Source: Eledone cirrhosa
Taxonomy: Eukaryota
Direction of reading: 5' to 3'
DNA: 64,000 bases
NCBI GenBank assembly: GCA_964016885.1
Contig: OZ024741.1
Location: forward strand, 178,498,001-178,562,000
Below, piece after piece: positions 25,901-39,613 of the stretch (positions are counted from its first letter, which is position 1; each line of letters opens with the position of its first letter). The notes below the pieces were generated by a model. That model made no database searches and was not told the DNA's origin. It saw only the letters and a program-made list of their open reading frames with translations. The translations under genes and the position numbers were made by a program.

Positions 25901-26560
25901 AGAGTGAAGGCTTCATCTTAGCTGCCCAAGATCAAAGCTTATTGACTCGTCATTAACAGGCCAATGTGATGAGAAACGGAATAAACCCAAAGTGCCGATT
26001 CTGCAACGCTGACGTTGAAAGAGTGGATCACTTAGTCTCTGGATGTAAAGTTTTAGTATCAGTAGAATACAAATATAGACATGACAGAGTTGGCCAATAT
26101 CTACACTGGGTAATATGTCGGCATTACAAACTCAAGGCTGAAGACAAGTGGCACAATCATCACTCTGAGGCTGTAACTGAAGGAGAAAAAGTAACAATTC
26201 TCTGGGACTTTCCTGTACATACTGACAGGACCATAAAAGCAAATATACCTGACATCATTTAAACAGATCAACATAACAAGGTTTGTTTATTGATAGATAT
26301 GAGCATCCCATGTGATCACAATATCGCGGGAAAATAATTTGACAAGCTACGAAAATATAAAGATCTGCTTATTGAAATTGAGAAAATGTGGCACCTTAAG
26401 GCTGTTACAATACCGGTGATTGTGGCAGGACTGGGAATGATAAAAAAAGGAACAGATATTTGCGAATGATTCCTGGTTTACCCTCTCTGCACGAGGTGCA
26501 AAAAGTTGTTTTGACTGGTATTGCACACGTATGGAGAAGAGCACTATCTCTGTAAGATTG
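22930..26560 (+). mobile_element. R4/Dong-clade LINE with restriction-like endonuclease, decayed and chimeric
   Basis: NWKSPGPDGVQGYWIK, NYRPITCL, EQKGC, YKYLG, DVDRLYL.R..GGRGL, ILAAQDQ, CRFC..DHLVSGC, RHD, ILWDF, PDII, KYKDL..E motifs; many stops; most of the RT core is deleted. Confidence 0.9.
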
Positions 26561-26698
26561 ATATCCCTCCTTGTATTTACATATGCATATGCACATGTGT
26601 ATATATGTATACTCTTTTTTTTTGTTTATGTATTTTTCTTTATTATAATCAATGTGCTGTATTAACTGGCTTACCAATGCACACTGTGAATTTATTTG

Positions 26699-26835
26699 CC
26701 TTATAGCTTCGGTGTGTTGAACTGGAATATGAGTGAAATCAAAAGAATCGACACCAAAGTCCGTAGGCTACTGACCTGTAATAGGATGCACCTCCCAAAA
26801 GCAGATGTGGATCGTGTTTACCTTCCTAGAACTCG
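26699..26835 (+). repeat. Duplicated internal fragment of the R4/Dong LINE
   Basis: Near-identical to 25398-25531. Confidence 0.9.
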
Positions 26836-26877
26836 GCATATATCTCACAAACAATAATGAAAGAAAATAAAAATGAC

Positions 26878-29800
26878 AATAATAATAATAATAATGGTTT
26901 CTTTATTGGCTACAAGGGATAACACGAAGAAAAACATTAGAGACGGCACAGAAGAGTACAGGACGATACAAAGTGGGTTTTGGTCGTGTAAACAGGTTAT
27001 AACAAAACTGGGCTAGAAATCAAAAAAATTCAAACAAAAATGCCCCAAAAAGGGCGAAACCTCCGAGGGTCACTCGAAAATCACACAAAAAAGCAACGGC
27101 CACCCTGACCACCATGGCAAGCGCCCTCTCTCACTTTTCCCACTCCTCAGTCTACAGGCGCATACCCAGAGCAGGCCCGTTCACTCGGACCAGACTCGCC
27201 ACTTTCACCCACCTTTCAACAAACTTACTAGAAAACAACATTTGCCTCTTCCCTGATTTTCCTCTTCAAGTGAAACTTGAAAAAGTTAATCAGGGATTGG
27301 CCGAAGAGCAAAGTGTCTGTCTTCAACCCTTTCAACTTTGTCCACCACACAATCTCTTTCACCATGGTACCAGATGAAAACTGCCTGCTCATCCTCCTCT
27401 TTAAAGAAGGATGGCAGGGCTATCTACACAATGGACTCAGTCGATAACCGGATCCGTCCTACACGCGACAGCTGCTGTTCGACATAGCTCCACAGGCCAG
27501 CAATCCTCGGGCACTGAACGAGTGCGTGCAGGACGGTTTCGTCGCCCTGCGCGCAACTCGGACAGGCTCGACTGACGGCACCTTCGTGCCTGTAGAGCTT
27601 ATCCCGAACCGGCAACGCTCCACGGTAGCACTGCCAGGGATTTCTGGAAGTTGTCCATAGGTCCCGGTCTGAAAGTTCTCTTGAAGAGAGCGACCAGCTG
27701 ATCGTCTTCGACGCCCAGGGTCTCCCCGAGGATGCCGTCGCTCTTTCCCTCTACTAGCCCTCTATAGAACGCCGAGGTGGATGTTCCACCGATACTAGTG
27801 CTCAGCTGGTAGAGGGCGGTGAGTGCTTGGAGACATTCAAGCTTCCAAGCGCTATCCCTCGGTCTTTTCCGGACCAGGACTGCAGCTCCGTCAAGGAGAC
27901 GAGCTGGGGAAAAGCGCGTCTGGCAAACGGGGACCACACCTGTTAACCATCAAGGTTGCACCGGAGATGACGCAGCCTCAGCGCATGTTTGCGCATCATC
28001 AGCCACGGCATGCCTAGTCTACCACGCAACGGATGTTGACAGCAAATGGATTATCTGACCATGGGATCACGTCCCTTCCACAAAATGCGGAAGAGAAGAC
28101 GCTCCATTTTGGTCAGAGTTGGGCGGGGACAAGGTACGACGGTCAGGCGGTAGCATATGACGCACGCTATGTACGCATTCGCCACCTCTACCGGACCTTT
28201 CAGAGACATCCTCCTCTCGGCGCATTTCTGGGTGAGAGAGGCAACCCTGCTCGTCACCTCGCTCCAGTTTTTCTGGAGGTCCGGACCGAACCAGACCCTA
28301 AGCAATTTAACCAGTCCTTCCGTCCAGCGCCCCACGACGCTGTCGGGCGGCATGGACTTGTCTCTCCAGGTGCCGAGTTGCAAGCCCACAGACTTTACCT
28401 GGTTTATCCTTTCACCGCTTCGTATTCCTTGAGAGCGGTGCCGAGAATCTGGACGTGTTTGGTGCTCGATAACACCACGGTGACGTCATGGGCGTAAGCT
28501 GACACGGGTCTCCCGCATCCCACTTCGCCTAGGAACCCCCTGATCGTCTCCAATTTCTGCATTAACGGCTCGAGGGCCAGTACGTACAAGAGGGAAGAAA
28601 GGGGGCAAGCCTGGCGGACCGAGCGCATGATGCTGAAAGGCGGCGACGGCTGACTATTCACCCTCACAATCGAGCAGATGTCGCTGTGCATCGTAGCGAT
28701 CCAGTCCCTAAAAAGGGCCCGAAGCCGGCCGCCTCGAGGAGTGCAGCCAGGTCCCGATGGTCGACCCTATCAAATGCTTTAGATCAGATCCCCACCCGTT
28801 CCAGGTTCCTTAACCACCCTCTCTATGATGTATCGCATCAGATGGAGGTTGTCGTGGATGGATCTGTCCGGGATGGCGCATTTCTGCACCTCTCCCACCA
28901 GATGACCGACGACCAGCGCGAATCTCTTTGCTAACACCTTGGCCAAAATCTTAAACTCTGCGTTTATCAGAGTTATGGGCCTGTTGTCTATAACGTCCCC
29001 CTTTTTCGGGTCTTTTCTCAGTAGCTCCACCGCTCCCCGGCTCACAAAACTGGGAATGCTCCCGTTCTGCTGCCAGTTATAGTAGACATCTGCCAAGAGG
29101 TCGCCGAACAAATCTGGCATATACGCATAAAACTCGTAGGGCAGACCATCCAAACCTGGCGATTTACCCCTCGTGGAGTCAGACATCGCTTTCCCTATTT
29201 CACCTGCTGTTATCGGCTTTTTGCAGCACTGCGCTGCGGTCGTCGAGAGCCGCGGCAGTCCGTCGAGGTATGCACCGAAGTCCATATTCCGAACCGGCCC
29301 GCCGCCGCTCCCGAACAATTGAGCAAAGTGCTGTTGAAAAGCCGCAGACATCTGCTCGGGTTCAAGCAAAATGCGCCCGTTTTGATTTGAGTTGAGGCTT
29401 TTACACGCTCCTGCCATGTCTACTAGCCCCACATAATCGCAACGTGCATCTAAGATACCGTTCCCGACGCCCACTAACACTAAAAAGCGGGACGTTTTTT
29501 TATCTATTTTAGTGTCGTGTACGTTTTCTGTGATGCGAGTGATTTGTATGTGAGGGGGTGGTGTGAATTTTTAGGGTGTTGTATAGTCTTTTTCTATGAT
29601 GCTGCTGTTGTGTTGGATGTAGTGTAATAATTGGTTGTGGTTCAAATTTAATGCTGTATAGTGTGTATCGTTTTGATTGCTTTGTTTCGTTTGCGTTTGT
29701 TGTGGGTTTGTTTCTATTTCGCTTGTTGGTGATTTGTGTGGAGTTGGTGATGGTGGTGTTGGGGTTAATGATTGTGATGGTGTTGGTGTTTGTTGTGATG

Positions 29801-31628
29801 AGGCTGTGATGCTGGTGACATAGCTGTCTTAACTTTTTGTTAGTTTGTTTGTTTTATCCGACCTGCATTTTGTTTTTGGAGGGTGAAGGAAGAGGATGTT
29901 TTCTTTTTTTTTTTTTTCCAGATACAGTTTCCAACTCCTCGTCGTCACAGTCTGTGGTTTTGGTTGTGGCGTGGTGGATGGTGGAGGCGCTGTTGCTAAT
30001 TCTGGCGCGGTGGCTGGTGGTCATGTTTTTTTTGCTACTGTTGCTGTTACAGTTGCTGGGGTTGTTGCTGCTACAGTTGCTTCTGTTGTTGCTGCTAGTT
30101 GTTGCAGCCATTACTGCTGCTGGTTTTGATGGTTCTGTCACTGGGGTGGGTAGGAGAGGTGGCCTCAACTTTTTAGCCTGAGGGCAGAAAGCCTTTAGGT
30201 GGGTTCCTTCGCCACAAACGACACATCTAGGCCTTCTACCCTCAACGATTACGGTGGGGTGGCTGCCGCCATTGAAATCTATCACCTCTGGAATTTCCTG
30301 TATATTTTTCTGGTCCGCTTGGAACAGGAGCTCCACCCCAGATCCGGACCAGTTCTCCTGCTTTACTTTTATCACCTCAATTACTTCAGTGTCGGCCTCG
30401 ATGTCGGCGAGGACGGCAGCCATTATCCAGGGAATTTCAATGGCCGGCGGAACCTGTGTCTCCCTGATCCACAACAGCCTCTGACCACAAAAGCTTGGGA
30501 CGAGTGTGAACTCGTCACATTTTAATGGGGCCATGGAGTGCTCTCTGGCTTCCTGTGGGGTTCCAAAGAGCACGTCCACGGTTCCATAATTTTGTCCACA
30601 TGTGATGTAGGTTTTTTTGTGCCCGCACATGTGCCAAAGTTTTTTGTATCTGGGACTCGGATGCCCGTTCCACTCGGCACGTTTTAATATTTATCGTCCT
30701 ATATGACACGGTGCATAGGCGTTGATGCTCCCTGGTATTAGCTCATGTTTCCTTGTAACCATATCTTTTTACTATTTGCTTGGCTTCATTCAATTCTTCC
30801 CGGCTTACCTCAACCGTGTCATTTTTTTTTTGCCGCTTTAGAAAACGACACATTTGGTTTTGCGCTGGTGTTGATGTTGTTTTCATTATTCTTATTGTTG
30901 CTGCTGTTGCTGTTGTTGTTATTGTTATTTTTGTTATTATTATTTTTAGTTTCAGTTGTGGAGGTGGTGGTGGTGGTGGTGTTGGTGTCAGTGGCGTTCG
31001 GTATGGAAGAGTCGATTGTCGGAGAATCTATATCGATATCACGAGAAAATAATTTAGTTTTTGTTTCAGTTGTTGATGTGGTGGTGGTTGTAGTGATATC
31101 AATGGTGTTGGTTGTTCTTTTTGACATTGTGCTGGTGGGGATGGTGGCTTTAACACCTGTAGACGTTGGTAATGGCGGGAAATCCATGTTTGTATGTGAC
31201 AAATCTAAATATTTGCCATTGTTATTACTTATATTTTCAGTGTTGGCATTTTGTTATGTTGTCTTTTTTTGGTTGTCGCTGTTATTGTTGTAGTTGATGT
31301 GGTAATATTTTTTAAATTAGTGTTCTCAGTGTTGTTGTCTTTGTTCACGTTGTTTGTGGTGGTATTTGTTGAATCAATTTTTGTAACCCTCCTCTCAACT
31401 TTTACGCCGTTGTCACACGACAGCAGACATATTGCTGGGGGGGGGGGGGCTCAGCCATGTTTTTTTTTTAAAGTAAAATGTTCAAATATTGTTAAAATAT
31501 TTGGGCCAAAAGGACAAAGACCAAGGGCTTATATCCCTTATACAACCAAAAAAATTAAACAACAAATAATTATAACAGGTAAATAAAGCGACTTACAGAG
31601 AGCGAGCAAAAAGACGTCCGAAGAGACC
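26878..31628 (-). mobile_element. Tx1/L1-clade LINE, both ends present, internal deletions
   Basis: Homologous to 17826-22886 in ORF1, RT and zinc finger; extends through the ORF1 N-terminus (MDFPPLPT..FSKAAK) to a 5' end at 31628; (AAT)n on both flanks. Confidence 0.92.
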
Positions 31629-31660
<32 letters not shown>

Positions 31661-31730
31661 TAATAATAAATAACTATATTATAGGCTTACATGCTGTCAA
31701 ATGTTTGCATTGAAAATATCATATCAATCA

Positions 31731-31921
31731 ATAACTGTTTCTACTTTAGGCACAAGGCCAGCAATTACCCAGTGCATTACTGGTACTTTATTTTATCGAC
31801 CCCGTAAGGATGAAAGGCAAAGTCAACCTCGGCGGGATTTGAACTCAGATCGTAAAGGGACGTAACTATGCTAGAAAGCATGGCGTCCAACCCTCCACCG
31901 ATACTACCAATCCACCGCCCT
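31731..31921 (-). mobile_element. SINE, full length
   Basis: Consensus match; TSD atcaatcaataac at 31723-31735 and 31923-31935. Confidence 0.93.
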
Positions 31922-32499
31922 CATCAATCAATAACAACGATAAACATATCGAAATATTACTTCTTTAAATGTAATGGCAATATTGAATCAACATTTAGCT
32001 AGAGTTGGTGGATATTTCGGTTCCCATACGTGGGAAAACCCTTTCATCCTAGATGCACTGTAGCGAGCATGAAAATAATTTTCTGCAAAGATTATTTTAG
32101 GTAATTAAGGAGTCATGGGATGCGTTAAATATCGGATCCAGTTATTTCTTTGAAATAGGTTAGTTGTTGTTAGTGTTTAGCCCAATGTTAGCTCTAAATT
32201 AGAAGAATTATCATGACAGACATTCCAAACTCAATCAACCCGTCCTTCGTTTTGCTTTGTTTTGTTTTTTGTTTGTTTGTTTAATTAAGATATTTATCTC
32301 GTAGAGTATTGACTAATGTGTCTTTCCGTGTTTAAAATGGTAGGGTGCGAACGACAATAGTTGTTATTTCCTGCAAGTCGGGCAAACCTGCTGATACAAC
32401 CTCGTTGGCTGCAAGTAAGCGAGTGTTAGGAAATTTGTGTCATGACAAATTAGACGTGTCTGTCTAGAAGTTAAATTTATGATACGGTGACGAGAAATA

Positions 32500-32900
32500 A
32501 TCTCGGCTAATCCGTATATACTCAATCACAAACACTCTCCGACCTCTGGCCTACATACGTAGTGTCTTGTGCCTCTACCTCTGTTACAGTCACTACAGAG
32601 ATCTCTGCTCCAACGACGGAACTTGCTGATTTCTCACTCGCCTCTTCCCTTCTCACAACCCATATGGCAGTATTTTTAAAACACGAGATGAAACGTATTT
32701 TGTTATTTGTTCTCACTCTTTGCATTCTGAGTCCAAATCTTGCCGTAGCCTTCTTGTATGGTAGACTTAATCTGTCAGTTAGTTTAGCACAACCTCAACC
32801 ATACCTTTGATGATTTTAGCCGAGCCTACACTATTGCAAACATTCGAACCAAGTCTTCGCTTAGAAGATACTTCCCTTTCTCACTTCCAGCAATTTTAAA
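32500..32900 (-). mobile_element. Old PLE linker/GIY-YIG fossil
   Basis: Minus strand SLPYKK..RMQRV..KIRF, then CSDCN (other frame) and TYVGQ, the order expected upstream of and within a PLE GIY-YIG domain. Confidence 0.4.
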
Positions 32901-33029
32901 CGTAATGGAAATGGTGTGGGCACTGTCCTTTTCTCTCTGACTAAATAATGAAAAGCATACTTAGGGTATATGTACCTTAAAAGACACAGAATATTCCTTA
33001 ATCATTGTAACCAATCTTCTGGACTCATT

Positions 33030-33360
33030 ATGGCCGACTGGTTAAGAGGTTCGCTTCTCACTAATTAGGTCCCACATTCGATCCAACTGTGTGGCATCCT
33101 AAGCAAATTTCATTTGCTATATCCTTGGGTCGACTCATGTTAAATTTGTTAAACGGAATCTGGAAGCACATTCGATGGACTCCACCTGTAATTCAATAGA
33201 CCAGCATTGTCAGATTCTATATCTCACTTAGTCTACCTGATAATTACATTAAGGGTGCACATGTATGTGGAATATTCAACCACTTACATGTTAATTCCAT
33301 GTACACGCTGTTCCGTTGATCGAGCAACTCGAACGCTTATCGTCGAAACCGACGGAAGAT
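33030..33360 (+). mobile_element. Old SINE (second family, CORE-like)
   Basis: tRNA-like head tggccgactggttaagagg..ttcgatcc followed by a body shared with 49420-49700 and 7400-7640. Confidence 0.6.
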
Positions 33361-36300
33361 TATTCCATTAACCAACCAACTGAAATCACGTACATTTAAT
33401 ATTTTTCTCTTATTTATATACTCAACTAACTAAAATGATACAGAAAATATTGACATTGATGTAAATAAATAATGGTTCTGTCGTTGTGATGGTAGCATTA
33501 ATGATGAGAAGGGGAGATAATATTAATGGACAGAACATTAAATGGATCAGAATGGAAGGAAGGTGGGAGACTTACGTAAATATATTTAAGAATGTATAGA
33601 TTTAATATCATTCATCACAGAATGTCATCAATGAAAGACGTAAAAATATCCGTGTGATAATGCTGGGGGGCTGGGTGAATGAGTGTGTGATAAGGGAGGT
33701 GTGTGTCGATAGGTGTCGCTATAGCACTCGTTAGGAATCTAGAAATATTGACGACACATTTGAATATTTTACACTGTTGATTTAACTGGAGGCAACATAT
33801 ATATAGTGTATTAGTTTGTGTTTAGTGTATGCGTACTTCTGTTCATATATTTCTGTATGTCTGTGTGTTAGTGTCATAATGTCATAAATATGATTGCTAT
33901 CTGTTCGATACAAAAGCATTAGTATATAGAATTTAACTTGCATAGAATAGAAAACTTATCATATTTATAATATTATTTTATTTATCATTATAATTACCAT
34001 TATGATAATAAGATCAACATTTGCGGTTAATAAATATTGAGACTGTTTGGTGTCAAGATGAATACCAGTTCTTCGAGTTGAATACCAGTTTAAGTATCAA
34101 GATATTCCTTACTGATTGTAACCTTAACAACAAAGGGAAGTCATATTCAATTTACATTGAATTCCTCTAACATTCTCAGCAAAGGAAAACGTTATGGTTC
34201 ACCCCAGGGAGCAATATCTATTGAAAGCAGCAATTAATTTCGATGGCTGCCTTCAATAAAAGAAAACACATTTAAAATACGTTTACCGGTATATCATCAG
34301 GCGTAAAATCTGTTTTTTTTTTCAAAGTGTATATCTTTCTCAAATTTGAATAACCTGTACAAAATAAAGCGTAATTCTATTCAAAATATGTAGCGAATAT
34401 ATTATAAGTTGTTCTGATAATTTATGTTGTTAAAGTTTATGAATTATTCGGTCTGTACTGATCTTGGTGTGAATAGCATTCTCTTATTCTAATAATTCAT
34501 ATTTCCTTATTTGCTTCCCCTTTACAGACATTCCGAAGATGGTACATATAAATTCTTATATAGCGTGCAAAAGACGTATTTTTTGTTTAGTCCGTAATCT
34601 TAAACTATTCCTTTATAATACAGAGAAAGCACTGCTGCTGTTTGTTTTGGGTCAATTCCGATCAAGTTAGGGATGTATATTTCTAAATTATCTGATGTGT
34701 CATATCGTTGGATGGATTATTAGTAGATGTGGCTACCCCTTTATAAATTTAAGGGATCAGCCTACGTTGGATAGGTTGAACAATGTAGATACAAAGGGTT
34801 ATTTTATAAAACTGCCGCTTAAAACATATATTGCCAGGTATTACTAGTCAAATGTATGAATATAAATAAAACATTTTTCTTGTACGGCGTAAAAACTAAA
34901 TATATACCCTAAGCAAGATGAAAACATAAACTTGTATTAATTTACGTTCAAACGTATTTGTTACTCATATATTTCAAATTCATTGAGAAATGTATAAATT
35001 AAACGGCGTTTCTTTAATTGGCACTCTATAGTGTCTAAGTTAATCACGTCGATACACTTTTGTAGTAGCAACTAAAAAACTGCTGGTTAGAACCGAGCGA
35101 CTAAGGCAAAACATCATCAAAGAGTCTACGTAGTCCACTATGCTGTAAAGAAGACCCATAATATATATGTGTGTCTCATAGCTGGAAGGAATAGAAACAT
35201 TTTTTAGTGAAGTAGTTTTAATCGCCTACAGTAGTGAGTTAAAATATTCTTCTAAGCCTCAACTGTGGTCACACTATATCCCTAGGTATGATACTGTCGC
35301 AACGTATGAATAAATATTAATATTGCACCGAAATGTAATTTGTTCGACAAAAAGTGACTAAAAATCTGAGAATGTCAATGTCTGTTCAGCAAGGTTGTTT
35401 GTTTGTGTTGTCTGAATCTATAGGAAAATTTTTGAATTCATTGCCTAAAATGAAATAAATATCAGATTACTGACCTCGAATATTCTCACTTTCGGTGATT
35501 TAAATTAATTATAGCTTAAATTATCAATTCAGCTCCAATGAATAGTGTATCTTATTAATGAATTAAACATCCGAAACACTTGTTATATTCTGTTGACCTT
35601 ACTGATATTAAATATTAATCTGCGGTGTCAATTAAAAATGTAATCTAAAACTTTATTTGGTGAAGTTGATACAATTATATGTTATGAAATTATTTTGTAA
35701 TTCACTGAGGAAATATGACAGCATACTGCAGTAACGAACAGATTGTTAATCAGTCTCAGAGTTGCTGCAGAAGTAATATATTTCATAATGTTTATGTACC
35801 AATCATATTATAGTATTTACAAATCTTAAATGTGTGATACTTTAATATACATTGACGCTATGCAAAAAGGTGAAATAGAAAATAGGTCTTAGGGATTATT
35901 AGATACGAAGAAGTTACATATCGTCATGTAATTTAAGGCAAAGGCCAGCAATTTCGCGAGAGGAGCAACGATGATGAATGTTAATTATTGGTCACTGTCC
36001 GAGTCATTCAGGATTACCTGACAAGAATCTCACCATCGTATATGTCACATAGCTATACATCCAAAATGCTCATGACTCTGAAGAACAGTGGAACTGTTAC
36101 TAAAGAACATAGAATTATGTTGATAAAATGGGATACATGACTTGTCATCTCTTGAACTCGAATCAAATGATTGTTGTTGTCGATAGAATGTAATGAAGAA
36201 GTTTAGTACTATTTCCTAAACGTTTAATTATTAGTGCAAAATATAGCACTATATAATAATGCGGTAGTATGCAGCCAAAAACAATTCTTAGCACGTGTAG

Positions 36301-36417
36301 AAACAAAATACAGCATTGTAAGCAAAATTAGAACTATTGCATAAACAACGCCTGATCTTTGCATTTTGTTGAGCCATATTTCTGTTAAAGAAACTCAGTT
36401 AATTCCTTTCAAGCTTT

Positions 36418-36574
36418 CGCCATGCTTAGCAGCATAGAGTTATGGCCCTTTACGGTCTGAGTTCAAATCCCGCCGAAGTTAACTTTGCCTTTCATCCTTA
36501 CCGTGTCGATAAAATAAAGTACCAGTAATACACTGGGATAATTGCTGGCCTTGTGCCAAAAGTAGAAACAGTTA
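36418..36574 (+). mobile_element. 5'-truncated SINE
   Basis: B-box, core and tail match consensus. Confidence 0.88.
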
Positions 36575-36908
36575 TTTACTGCTAAGATATAGAATGTAAA
36601 ATAAAATTTCTTCTTCGAGAATATAAAGAATCCGAGATCAGTGAGTGATGTCAACTAGCATCTCCAATTTAGTGAAAGCAGTTTAAGTGTCCGAACAAAA
36701 ACAAAAGAAATCGATACAAGTTGATACATAGATACAAATTAAATAATGTACTGTTTGTGATTTTAATGGCTCTGTGAAGCAATGGGAAGGCAGCAAATAT
36801 CAAATAGTTTGAAACAACGCAATTTTATTTAAAGAAGAAAAGATGAGGTAAACACTGGAAGGTGTGTTTGATGACTCGGCCCCCATTACCCTCTCGGGAT
36901 TAAGTGGG

Positions 36909-37347
36909 TGAAGAAAGAAGAAGAAGAAGAAGAAGAAGAAGAAGAAGAAGAAGAAGAAGAAGAAGAAGAAGAAAAGAAGAAGAAGAAGAAGAAGAAGAAG
37001 AAGAAGAAGAAGAAGAAGAAGAAGAAGAAGAAGAAGAAGAAGAAGAAGAAAGAAGAAGAAGAAGATAGAAGAAGAAGAAGAAGAAGAAGAAAGAAGAAGA
37101 AGAAGAAGAAGAAGAAGAAGAAGAAGAAGAAGAAGAAGAAAGAAGAAGAAGAAGAAGAAGAAGAAGAAGAAGAAGAAAGAAGAAGAAGAAGAAGAAGAGA
37201 AGAAGAAGAAGAAGAGAGAAGAAGAAGAAGAAGAAAGAAGAAGAAGAAGAAGAAGAAGAAGAAGAGAAGAAGAAGAAGAGAAGAAGAAGAAGAAGAAGAA
37301 GAAGAAGAAGAAGAAGAAGAAGAAGAAAGAAGAAGAAGAAGAAGAAG
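36909..37347. repeat. Long imperfect (GAA)n microsatellite
   Basis: About 440 bp of GAA with phase slips. Confidence 0.98.
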
Positions 37348-37925
37348 TATTTTGAAGAATGCAACGTACAGATACTCCCCTCTAACTATTCTCTAATCTC
37401 AGAATTATATATATTGCAAATCCTGAAGTTATATCTTAACAATAAACATCATCAAATTGAAAGGCAGCCTGAAAGAATCTAATGAGATCAAATTAAATAT
37501 TTCAATGGTCTGATCAAATATATATATCAAATTCCCGGACCGAGTGATGCGTTATATCCTTGAGAAAAAGACTTTATTTCACGTTGCTCCTTCCGCCAGG
37601 AGTACGATCGTTTGTTAGTATTAGAAATTGGAACGACTAAGGAAAGCTTGTTTCCTCGGTCCGATTTGACGAACTTCACATCACTTGGTAAGCGAATGAG
37701 ATCTGGGATCTTGTCGATCGACGATCATTCATTTGGATCTCACCGATGGCCTGAATAATCACTTGACCATTACGGAACAACTGATTATGAAAGCTACAAA
37801 GTGTTGAGGACGCTTGTGTCCATATATATATATGTACCACACATATATATTTTTTTCTTTTTCATTACCATTAAAAGGGGTCTGACGAACCGTGGATTAC
37901 AGAGTCGGGCTAGATCGATATGGTT

Positions 37926-38010
37926 GGTGACGCACGTTTCACCATTGATCAGCTCAAGATTCGATCTATATCGATCTAGCCCGACTCTGTAATCCACGGT
38001 TCGTCAGACC
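37926..38010 (-). ncRNA. Type I hammerhead ribozyme motif inside a palindrome
   Basis: GGT-CTGACGA-ACCGTGGATT...GATCAATGGT-GAAA-C-GTGC-GTC/ACC: intact core, long stem II, minimal stem III, 3-bp stem I. Confidence 0.7.
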
Positions 38011-38108
38011 CCTTTTAATGGTAATGAAAAAGAAAAAATCTATATGTATATATATATATGTATATATATATATATGTAAAATAATAAATACATAATAAAT
38101 AAAAAAAT

Positions 38109-38169
<61 letters not shown>

Positions 38170-38174
<5 letters not shown>

Positions 38175-38360
38175 GGATTGGCAGCATCGGTAGAAGGTCG
38201 GACTCCATGCTTTGCAATATAGAGTTACGGCCCTTTATAATCTGAGTTCAAATACCCACCGAGGTTCAGTTTGCCTTTCATCCTTACGGGGTCCATAAAA
38301 TAAAGTACCGGTAATGCACTGGAATAATTGCTGGCCTGGTGCCAAAAGTAGAAACAATTA
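38170..38360 (+). mobile_element. SINE, full length
   Basis: Consensus match, inserted in (TA)n. Confidence 0.9.
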
Positions 38361-39613
38361 TATATATATATCTGTGTGTTGTTGTGTGGATCATATATTT
38401 ATAAAGAGATAAGCTTAATGCACAAAAAATATACTCAAGACTAAATTAGTATTTAATGGATTTCCTTTTTACATATATATAATGCCTCACTTAAGTACAT
38501 GTTGATTTTAATAAATAAATCTTACCTTAAATAGCATGTCATATATATGTTATATAAAAAAAAAAGATACGCATTATAAAAATGAAATGATATGTAAATT
38601 TAGCTGAAAACATATTTTCAATTCTGGCACAAAATAAGTTTGCTTTACAATTCTTTATAAAAAGAATATCAAATATTGCATATTTTTAGGTATTGGCTTG
38701 GAAATGTCAATGGCAAATTTTTATCACCGCCTGGTCTCTCTTTGCCTTTTCTACCGCTACAAATGAGGTTTCTGTTTCGGGATGTTGTCCTTTAATCAGG
38801 AATTCCCGACTCAATCATCTTTCTTACGCTGAATGATATATTCAACCTCCAGGCCCTGCGAGAAACAATATGCTCAATCCTTCCTCTCCAGAACGCCAAT
38901 CTTTTTCAACGCTCTTCAAGCACATGTTGTTTTGCAAAAGGAATGGAAATACGATAGTTAAAACAGAATATAAACGGCATCAATCTGTCCGGCCTTGGCG
39001 GGATTAACATGCCGCCGGCACTGCTACTTCCACCGGACCTCCAAGGAAAATAAAATCCAAACACACATTTTTTTTTTGTTTTGTTTTGTTTGGGGTGATT
39101 AATCAACAACAATAGTGTATCTTTTCATATGAAACCATGATACATAGAATTAGATATATTCTCTTAGGGGTTGATGGTCAGTTATACTGTCCATGCTTAG
39201 TGAGAGGTAGTAAAGAGACCTGTAAATACTAACACTCTCCCATCCCCACTGGCCTTCGGCTGACTGCCACAGAGGGGATCGGTAGCAGTAAACTACGGTG
39301 CAGGCTTGAATGGGTCATTGTTTGGCTGAGAGGGGGAACTGACTAAGCGAATTTCGTTGAAATCTGCGGTAGCTAATGGTTAACTTCCCCATGGACCTGC
39401 GCTTGCGCAGACCAGTGGGGGTGAATTGGTACTCACAAGGGAACGGGTGAAGAACCCAAAAGCACATACTTCGTCCGTTCCCATGTCGATTCAATTTGGA
39501 TTGCCTCGGAAACATAACCTTATTATGTAACAAGCTTTCTGACGATGTCGCGAAACTGGCGCACAGAACAATGTGGCCACTTTCGCCAGTTAAATATATA
39601 TCACAGCATTATT

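Noticed and set aside
32688-32810. Signal-peptide-like ORF MKRILLFVLTLCILSPNLAVA
   Set aside because: No strong splice donor or further exons; the opposite strand is better explained as a PLE GIY-YIG fossil.
33400-36400. Long unique AT-rich stretch as possible host exons
   Set aside because: No ORF, splice pattern or motif I can support.
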